From: a plasmid
Strand: one strand, 5' to 3'
Length of the DNA: 64,000 nt
Sequence record: NZ_AP019754.1
Shown: piece after piece, positions 57,426-64,000 of the stretch
How the letters are laid out: each line of letters begins with the position of its first letter
Numbering within the stretch: the first letter of the stretch is position 1
The notes under the pieces: model-generated
Databases searched by the model: none
What the model was told of the DNA's origin: nothing
The model's input: the letters and a program-made list of their open reading frames with translations, nothing else
Position numbers and translations under genes: made by a program

Positions 57426-58331
57426 TCAGGGCGCTTTCACGCCATTCGCCATTCGCAGTTGCGAAGGGGGCAAGCCTGTCACCTGTTTGAAGCGGTGGCT
57501 GAAATGACTTAGCGAACTAAAGCCAGTATCCAGTGCGATTTGCGTCAACGGCAGCGAGGTTGACTGCACCATCTGCTGTGCTTTTTCCATGCGGCGCTGC
57601 ATAACGTACTGATGGGGCGCAATACCGAGCGACTGGCGAAACATCCTGGCAAAATGGTACTCACTCAGGTTTGCCTGAGTGGCCAGTGCATCAAGCGTGA
57701 GGGGCAATGCCAGGTGCGCATCAATAAAAGCCAGCGTATTGCGTAATACAAAGGGGGCCAGTCCACCCGTTACCGCCGGAGGCCGCCACTGAACGCTGGA
57801 ATAGTGCTGGATCAGATGAGTTAATAACAGGGTGCTGGCAGTGCTCAACATGAGGTGATTTGCGGGCTGCTGCCAGTCACAGCTGAGTAAGAACTGGCGA
57901 TACAACGTGGTGATACTGGCATCACTGCAAAATATTTTCTCATCCAGTGCAATCGACAGCGGGCTGCGATCCCATATTTTCTCGCCCACATCGCGTAAAT
58001 GCTCATCTGTGCAATAGAGATGCACAAAAGAGAGGTTATTACGTACGTCCCATGTGGATTCGCTCTGCTGCGGCATCAGGCAGAATTTATCTGGTCCACC
58101 GCCGTTTCGCCAGCCGGAAGCGGTTTTGTGGTAACTCTCATAGCCATCGGCAACATACAGGCTTAGCGTGTGATGGTTACTGTTTACGGTAATCCTGTCT
58201 TGCTTGTTGTGCCACGCTGCCAGCCGGATGCCGGAGTTAAGCATGACCGATTCGCGCAACACAGCTTTATTTTGACGCAGTATTTCAAACGTGTCGTAAA
58301 CGCGAGACATAACTCTTTTCCGCCCGTTCAT
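57426..58331 (-). CDS. AraC/XylS-family transcriptional regulator
   Basis: The C-terminus LSEYHFARMFRQSLGIAPHQYVMQRRMEKAQQMVQST...IALDTGFSSLSHFSHRFKQVTGLPPSQ has the dual AraC HTH. N-terminal cupin-like sensor region. Start may be the Met at 58310. Confidence 0.75.
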   Translation of the reverse strand: MNGRKRVMSRVYDTFEILRQNKAVLRESVMLNSGIRLAAWHNKQDRITVNSNHHTLSLYVADGYESYHKTASGWRNGGGPDKFCLMPQQSESTWDVRNNLSFVHLYCTDEHLRDVGEKIWDRSPLSIALDEKIFCSDASITTLYRQFLLSCDWQQPANHLMLSTASTLLLTHLIQHYSSVQWRPPAVTGGLAPFVLRNTLAFIDAHLALPLTLDALATQANLSEYHFARMFRQSLGIAPHQYVMQRRMEKAQQMVQSTSLPLTQIALDTGFSSLSHFSHRFKQVTGLPPSQLRMANGVKAP

Positions 58332-58479
58332 CAGAGGCTCAGTCTAGGGCGAGAGCCGGCAGGTAGCCAGATCTGTATCGTTAAAATGCGCAAGATTTTG
58401 CAAATCAGACGCAGGTTCATAGAAGCGTGCGTCCTGATCAGTTGGGACACTGTGTTCTGCTTCGTTTAAAGGAAAAAGC

Positions 58480-59385
58480 ATGAACGCATTACTCTATGCT
58501 GTGGTCGTGGTTATCTGGGGTACAACCTGGATTGCCATCTTTTTGCAACAAGGGCCCGTTGATGTCACGGTGTCCGTTTTCTGGCGCTTCGCCATAGCCA
58601 GTATTTTATTGCTGACGCTCCTGCAGATAATGGGGCGCCTGCGCAGATTAGCGCCGCGCGATCATCTGTTTTGCGCTTTGCAGGGCTGCTGTGTATTTTG
58701 CTTTAATTTTTGGTGCTTTTACACCGCCGCCGGTTATATCAATACCGGTTTAGAGTCCGTGATTTTTTCCATGGCGGTGCTGTATAACGCAGTAAACAGT
58801 TATCTGTTTTTTGGGCAGCGCCCCCAGCCGCGTTTCTGGTTTGCGGTCACGCTGGGATTAACGGGCATGATCCTGTTGTTTTGGGACGATCTGCACATCA
58901 GCGGCGCAAGCGGTGGACTGTGGCGAGGCATCGGCCTGTCGGCGTTGGGCACGTTTGGCTTTTCTCTTGGCAACATGATCAGCCTGCGGCATCAGCGCAG
59001 ACAGCTGGAAACCATGACCACTAACGCCTGGGCTATGTTGTACGGCGCAATAGTCATGGGCATTATCGCTCTGCTTCGTGGCGTGAGTTTCTCACCGCTC
59101 TGGACACTGAGCTACCTCAGTGCCTTGCTTTATTTGTCCATATTTGGTTCGGTCATTGCGTTTTGGGCGTATTTCACCCTGGTCAGACGTACGGGCGCCG
59201 CTAAAGCCGCATACACAACACTGATGTTTCCGTTGGTTGCCCTCACCTTATCGACGGTTTATGAAGGCTATCACTGGCAAAGCCACAGCGTGGTGGGATT
59301 GCTGATGATCCTGGGCGGTAACCTGGTGATGTTCGGACGTCCCTTGCGCTGGCCAAAACCGAAACCCATGCCGGGCACGCTATAA
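58480..59385 (+). CDS. EamA/DMT-superfamily transporter
   Basis: 301 aa, 10 TM helices, duplicated EamA halves. Confidence 0.8.
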   Translation: MNALLYAVVVVIWGTTWIAIFLQQGPVDVTVSVFWRFAIASILLLTLLQIMGRLRRLAPRDHLFCALQGCCVFCFNFWCFYTAAGYINTGLESVIFSMAVLYNAVNSYLFFGQRPQPRFWFAVTLGLTGMILLFWDDLHISGASGGLWRGIGLSALGTFGFSLGNMISLRHQRRQLETMTTNAWAMLYGAIVMGIIALLRGVSFSPLWTLSYLSALLYLSIFGSVIAFWAYFTLVRRTGAAKAAYTTLMFPLVALTLSTVYEGYHWQSHSVVGLLMILGGNLVMFGRPLRWPKPKPMPGTL

Positions 59386-59405
59386 AGCAGTGATCAGATA
59401 AGGCG

Positions 59406-59753
59406 TTATTCACTGGCTTGCGGAATGCTCTGCGGCTGAAGTTGATATATCCATGCGGTGACACTGTCACCGTTTTCCAGGGCCACCTTAACGCTGATCC
59501 GGTCATAACCCTCCTCAAATTCATCCAGCATCGGCCAGTGTAGGTACAGATTGTCCGAGGAAAAAAGAAAGCCCTGCACTTGTGGCCCGCGATCGTCCAC
59601 AACAATACCGGGAAAGCCTGCAGCCGCGCCGCGCCCTTCAGTAAAAAAAACGCCCCGGACAACTCCGGCCTGCCAGGCGCCACCGATGTTCTCCAGAAGA
59701 GAGGCGTTACTGCGGCCCGGACACAGGGTGCCATAAACAAACAACCTTTCCAT
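59406..59753 (-). CDS. gamma-glutamylcyclotransferase (GGCT/AIG2-like) family protein
   Basis: MERLFVYGTLCPGRSNASLL matches the AIG2/GGCT N-terminal motif (YGSL/YGTL). About 115 aa from the Met at 59753. The upstream extension to 59807 lacks an SD. Confidence 0.65.
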   Translation of the reverse strand: MERLFVYGTLCPGRSNASLLENIGGAWQAGVVRGVFFTEGRGAAAGFPGIVVDDRGPQVQGFLFSSDNLYLHWPMLDEFEEGYDRISVKVALENGDSVTAWIYQLQPQSIPQASE

Positions 59754-60084
59754 ATTCGTCTCTGTCACAAAAACTGCCACCTTACCTGTCTGGAATGTCG
59801 TTGTCATCAGGCAGGGGCGATCAGGTCACGAGTCTGTATATCAGGCTGATAAACAACAACCTTATGCAAGGCAACGCGCAAATAGAACAGGGTTTAATCG
59901 CTAAAGGCTGAGGCAAGTCATTATTTTTTATTCCCGTCAGCGGTTGAGTGAGATAGTCTTTATTTTCTATTTATCAAGTTTTAGAAATTAAATATATCTC
60001 TGATTAACAGGTAAAGCTGGTTTGTACTGTGCCGATAAGAATGCATTGCGATAACCTTTTTCAATTTCACACTCAGGGGCTTTT

Positions 60085-61743
60085 ATGACTATTACCCAGC
60101 GTTTGGTGCTGGCATTTTCATTGCTGGCGTTATCACTTTGTGCGCTCGTTGCTGTTTCATTATCCGTGATATCCGGTTTCCAGTCGCGCTTTGAATATGT
60201 TCAGGTGAATGCGATACCCAGCATTAAAGATCTGAACAAGTCAATCAGTGCAACTAACCAGCTCGGGCTGGCATTGTATCGTCATCAGGCGATGGCCGAC
60301 AGCGCGAAACAGGCCGCAGCTGAAGATAAAATCAATGGCATTCTTGATAATATTAAATCGCTGAATGACTACTATATGGCGAATGATATTTCCAGTGATG
60401 AAGATAAAGCGATGACGGTACAGGCGCAACGTAACCTTGACGCGGTTCGTAGCACGCTTCCGGCATTTCTTGCAGCTTCGCGCAGTCACGATAATGCCCT
60501 GTCGCTAGAACAGCTTCAGGGCGAAAACGGCATTGGCGCCGCTGCCCGCAAAATGGAGTCTGACTTCACCAAACAAATCGATTTGAATATTAAAATTGGT
60601 GATGGATTAAGAGCAGAGAATAACCGTATTTATTCACAGACGTTTTGGATGATGACAAGTGCATCCGTGCTGGTTATTGTGTTACTCGGCCTGTTCTCTG
60701 TCAGTATTATTCTGGGAATTAAAAGAAGCCTGACCAGCATTAAAGATACGATGTCGACCGTCAGTAATAACCTTGATTTGACCTGTTCAGCGCCTGTCCT
60801 CAGAAACGATGAAATAGGCCAGACCGCATCAGCGTTTAATGATTTGTTGAAACGTGTATCCACCACTCTGATGTCTGTGAACCATTCAGCGCAATCTGTC
60901 AGTACGGGCGCGACGCAAATCGCAGCGGGCAATGAAGACCTGTCATCGCGTACGGAACAACAGGCGGCTTCACTGGAAGAAACGTCAGTCAGTATGGCGA
61001 CGCTGAGCGATACCGTGCGTCAGAATGCGGAAGGTGCGGTCCAGGCCAGCAATCTGGCAAATAATGCCAATACGCTGTCCAAACAAAACGGCTCCGCAGT
61101 CAGTCAAATGTTGACGACGATGGGCGACATTCGCGGCAGTTCTGCCAAAATTTCTGAAATCACCGGGCTTATTGAGGGGATTGCTTTCCAGACCAATATC
61201 CTGGCGCTTAATGCCGCGGTAGAAGCGGCACGTGCCGGTGAACACGGCAGGGGGTTCGCGGTCGTCGCCTCTGAGGTCCGTAATCTGGCACAGCGCTCTT
61301 CGTCCGCAGCCCGGGAGATTAAAGATCTTATCAACGTGTCAGTTTCACAAGTTGAGCAGGGCCTTGAGCAGGCAACAAGCGTGGGCAGCAATTCAGACAA
61401 CGTCAGCAATGCTATTCAACAGGTCGCTGATTTAGTCAATGAAATTGCGGCCGCTACGGCCGAGCAGAGTAAAGGCATTGAGCAGGTTCATCTGGCCATC
61501 GGGCAAATGGATGAAGTGACGCAGCAAAACGCCTCACTGGTTGAAGAAGCGTCTTCGGCGTCTAAATCTCTGCAGGAGCAGGCAGAAACGCTGTCGAGAC
61601 TGGTTTCAACCTTTAAGGTTAATGACAGTGTCACCCAGGTTGCTTCACCAGCCAGTGTGCCGGTGAGCCCGTCAGTACCCGCACTGAAAAGGCCGGATTT
61701 GAAAGCAGTCAACGTCGATAAGGTTAACTGGGAAAGTTTCTGA
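60085..61743 (+). CDS. methyl-accepting chemotaxis protein (4HB-type periplasmic sensor, HAMP, MCP signalling domain)
   Basis: 552 aa. TM1 at residues 5-30, TM2 [26 protein letters not shown]. Signalling core [40 protein letters not shown]. Confidence 0.85.
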   Translation: MTITQRLVLAFSLLALSLCALVAVSLSVISGFQSRFEYVQVNAIPSIKDLNKSISATNQLGLALYRHQAMADSAKQAAAEDKINGILDNIKSLNDYYMANDISSDEDKAMTVQAQRNLDAVRSTLPAFLAASRSHDNALSLEQLQGENGIGAAARKMESDFTKQIDLNIKIGDGLRAENNRIYSQTFWMMTSASVLVIVLLGLFSVSIILGIKRSLTSIKDTMSTVSNNLDLTCSAPVLRNDEIGQTASAFNDLLKRVSTTLMSVNHSAQSVSTGATQIAAGNEDLSSRTEQQAASLEETSVSMATLSDTVRQNAEGAVQASNLANNANTLSKQNGSAVSQMLTTMGDIRGSSAKISEITGLIEGIAFQTNILALNAAVEAARAGEHGRGFAVVASEVRNLAQRSSSAAREIKDLINVSVSQVEQGLEQATSVGSNSDNVSNAIQQVADLVNEIAAATAEQSKGIEQVHLAIGQMDEVTQQNASLVEEASSASKSLQEQAETLSRLVSTFKVNDSVTQVASPASVPVSPSVPALKRPDLKAVNVDKVNWESF

Positions 61744-61788
61744 TGCCTTCTTTAGGGATCTAAGCCCGCCGGTGCCTGCTGGCGACAA

Positions 61789-61819
61789 AAAGCGCTGTGT
61801 ACGACAGCGCTTTTTTATT
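61789..61819 (+). terminator. rho-independent terminator downstream of MCP gene
   Basis: AAAAAGCGCTGT-gtacg-ACAGCGCTTTTTTATT is an 8-bp GC-rich stem plus a U-run. Confidence 0.75.
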
Positions 61820-61923
61820 GCCCGATGCACGTCTTTTCTGCCAGTAAAGCGGGTGAGCGTGTCGCTTGTTGTCCTGGGTAACAGGCAGGCCTGATCAGGC
61901 CCCCTGTTACTGCCGGTTATCAC

Positions 61924-64000
61924 TCACTGATCTTGCACCTGATTCTGACGGCGTCCTTCTCTTTGCATGACCAGGCTGAGCGAGGCCGGTAACAGCGTTA
62001 ACGTGACCAGCGTTCCGGTGACCAGACCGCCGATAATGGCGTACGCCATTGGCCCCCAGAACACCTGCCGGGAGATGGGCAACATGCCGAATATCGCCGC
62101 ACAAGCCGTCAGTAATATTGGTCGGGCGCGATGAATAGCCGCGTGATAAATCGCCTCGTTGTGCATCATGCCTGCCTGAGTATTACTGTCCACCTCACTG
62201 ATCATGATCACCGCGTTACGGATGATCATGCCTGCCAGCGCGATAATCCCTAACAGCGCAACAAATCCCATTGGCGTTCCACTCGGCAACATGGCGATAA
62301 CGATGCCGGGTAAGCCGAAAGGGGCCATCAGCAGCGCCAGCAACATTCTTGAGAAGCGTTTCAACTGCAGCATCAACAGGATAAGCATCACACTCAGCGT
62401 GACCGGCAACACCGCAAACACCGATCGGTTACCTTTATCCGATTCGGCGACGGTACCGCCTTCTTCAATATGATAGCCGGCAGGCAAGGACGCGCGGAAT
62501 GTATCCAGTTCGGGCTTCAGCTGATCTGAAACGTTTTCAGCACGCGCCGTAGGGGCAATATCGGTTTGCACCGTAATGTAAGGCTGGCGCTGACGTCGCC
62601 AGATAACCGGATCCTCAAGCTGCCATTTCAATGTCGCAACCTGACCCAGTGGGATTTTCTGTCCAGAGGCGGTATCCAGCATCAGACCGTTGAGGATATC
62701 GGTATTTTGCCGTTCCTCATCGTTTCCCCTGAGCACCACATCAATCAGTCGGTTACGATCACGGATCGTGGTTACCTTACTGCCTGACGTCACAGTATTC
62801 AGCATGGAGGCGATGCTTTCAGAAGAGACACCAACCGCACGCGCTGCCGTCTGATTGACATCAAGTCTGATAACCCGCTCGGGTTCACCTGCTGTCATAT
62901 TCACCTCACGCGTATTTGGCGATCGTGACAGCTGTAAGGCCAGTTTTTCCGCAATTTCACGAACCTGCCTGTAGTCGGGGCCTGTAACGCGGTACTTTAG
63001 CGGCCAGCCAATCGGTGGCCCCAGTTCAAGGGGCGAAACGCGCGAGGTGATATCACTAAAGTCACGTGCCAGGATGTGATCCAGCTTGTTGCGTACTCTT
63101 TCACGAGCGTCAAGGCTCTTCGCAACCACCACCAGCTGGGCAGTATTTTCATTGTCCAGCAAGACCTCCATCGGCAAATAGAAACGTACCGCGCCAGAGC
63201 CGACATAACTGGAGAAATGATCGATGTCGTTATCGCTGCGTATCAGGTTTTCCAGTTGTCCGGTTCGCCGGGTGGTTTCGGTTTGAGAGGCATTCGCGGG
63301 CAATGTCAGGTTCACTAACAGCTCAGGGCGGTCTGAAGCGGGGAAAAATTCCCCCTGCATCAGCGTTGTGCCGAAGATCCCCATGCCCAGCAGCAGGAGG
63401 GCGAGAGTGACCGTCGTCCAGCGATACCTAAGCGTTTGATCGAGCAGGCGGCGATAAAATCGGCCCATCAGCCCCGGCTGTTTGTGCGTTGCGTGGGCGC
63501 TATCTGTCAGCAGCCAGGTGCCTGTCACGGGTGAAAACAGAATAGCCACCACCCAGGAGCAGAGCAGAGAAATCAAGACAACCGCAAAAAGCGAGTAACA
63601 ATATTCGCCCGCGCTGGAGGCGGCAAAGCCCACCGGGATAAAACCGGCTATCATCACCAGCGTGCCCGTCAGCATAGGGAAGGCCGTGGTTTTAAACGCA
63701 AATGTTGCCGCCTGCCATTTGCTGTCGCCTGCTTCAATGCGTGACACCATGGTTTCCACCGTGATCATCGCATCATCAACCAGCAGCCCGAGTGCAATAA
63801 TTAAGGCGCCCAGTGAAATACGTTGCAAACCTATCCCTGCAAACGTCATTCCGACAAACGTCATGGCCAGCACCAACGGGATCGCCGCCGCGACCACCAG
63901 CCCTGCCCGAAAACCCAGTGAAAAAAAGGATATCGCCAGGACAATGATGACGGCTTCCGCCAGCACCTGAACAAATCCGCTAACCGCCGTTTTGACGACG
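61924..64000 (-). CDS. RND-family efflux transporter permease (AcrB/AcrD/MdtC-like), C-terminal ~680 aa; 5' end beyond window
   Basis: Large ORF still open at the window edge. Its TM bundles and periplasmic porter/docking regions are typical of HAE1 RND pumps. C-terminal cytoplasmic tail REGRRQNQVQDQ. Confidence 0.85.
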   Translation of the reverse strand, partial: VVKTAVSGFVQVLAEAVIIVLAISFFSLGFRAGLVVAAAIPLVLAMTFVGMTFAGIGLQRISLGALIIALGLLVDDAMITVETMVSRIEAGDSKWQAATFAFKTTAFPMLTGTLVMIAGFIPVGFAASSAGEYCYSLFAVVLISLLCSWVVAILFSPVTGTWLLTDSAHATHKQPGLMGRFYRRLLDQTLRYRWTTVTLALLLLGMGIFGTTLMQGEFFPASDRPELLVNLTLPANASQTETTRRTGQLENLIRSDNDIDHFSSYVGSGAVRFYLPMEVLLDNENTAQLVVVAKSLDARERVRNKLDHILARDFSDITSRVSPLELGPPIGWPLKYRVTGPDYRQVREIAEKLALQLSRSPNTREVNMTAGEPERVIRLDVNQTAARAVGVSSESIASMLNTVTSGSKVTTIRDRNRLIDVVLRGNDEERQNTDILNGLMLDTASGQKIPLGQVATLKWQLEDPVIWRRQRQPYITVQTDIAPTARAENVSDQLKPELDTFRASLPAGYHIEEGGTVAESDKGNRSVFAVLPVTLSVMLILLMLQLKRFSRMLLALLMAPFGLPGIVIAMLPSGTPMGFVALLGIIALAGMIIRNAVIMISEVDSNTQAGMMHNEAIYHAAIHRARPILLTACAAIFGMLPISRQVFWGPMAYAIIGGLVTGTLVTLTLLPASLSLVMQREGRRQNQVQDQ

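Overview
This 64-kb window is a gene-dense enterobacterial chromosomal segment. My best guess is Erwiniaceae (Pantoea or Erwinia), because a tyrosine phenol-lyase/tyrosine permease pair is near-identical to the Citrobacter / Erwinia herbicola TPL as I remember it, and a budRABC 2,3-butanediol operon is present. I found no rRNA, tRNA or CRISPR array by eye.

From left to right the window contains:
- A c-di-GMP signalling neighbourhood: two paralogous GAF / degenerate-GGDEF / EAL proteins flank a BLUF-EAL blue-light sensor and a DeoR regulator. Further right lies an AdrA-like MASE2-GGDEF protein carrying a GGDEL motif.
- An ascG-ascFB-like beta-glucoside PTS locus.
- A ybiU/ybiV-like pair (DUF1479 protein plus Cof-type HAD phosphatase).
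- A second-copy methionine aminopeptidase that is translationally coupled to a small RHH-like ORF.
- A roughly 7-kb horizontally acquired block (about 20.3-27.6 kb). It holds a 3' remnant of a methyl-accepting chemotaxis gene, an N-terminally truncated P4-type integrase, an H-NS paralog, a 1.2-kb AT-rich ORF-poor spacer with a candidate Fur box, and a TonB-dependent siderophore receptor.
- Inside that block, a translationally coupled two-gene operon: a degenerate Ham1/ITPase-like protein followed by a SIR2-like protein with an intact N/H catalytic pair. This is the candidate novel or partial anti-phage NAD+-depletion module. It looks to me like a KomB/KomC-type Ham1+SIR2 pair without the adenosine-deaminase partner.
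- Immediately after it, a LexA-boxed yebG.
- Then, in order, a dCache chemoreceptor, a glutamate dehydrogenase, the budRABC operon, a lumazine-synthase paralog, an orphan phage antirepressor, a MetQ-like lipoprotein, and a sialic-acid-like catabolic operon. That operon comprises Fe-ADH, a NanA-like aldolase, an SSS transporter, an intracellular BNR sialidase, YhcH and an SDR enzyme, with a divergent PdxA2-like gene.
- Further right, the tpl-tutB cassette with candidate TyrR boxes, then uxuB, an esterase, two tandem unannotated small hydrophobic ORFs, an AraC regulator, a DMT transporter, a second chemoreceptor, and the 3' two-thirds of an RND efflux permease that runs off the window.
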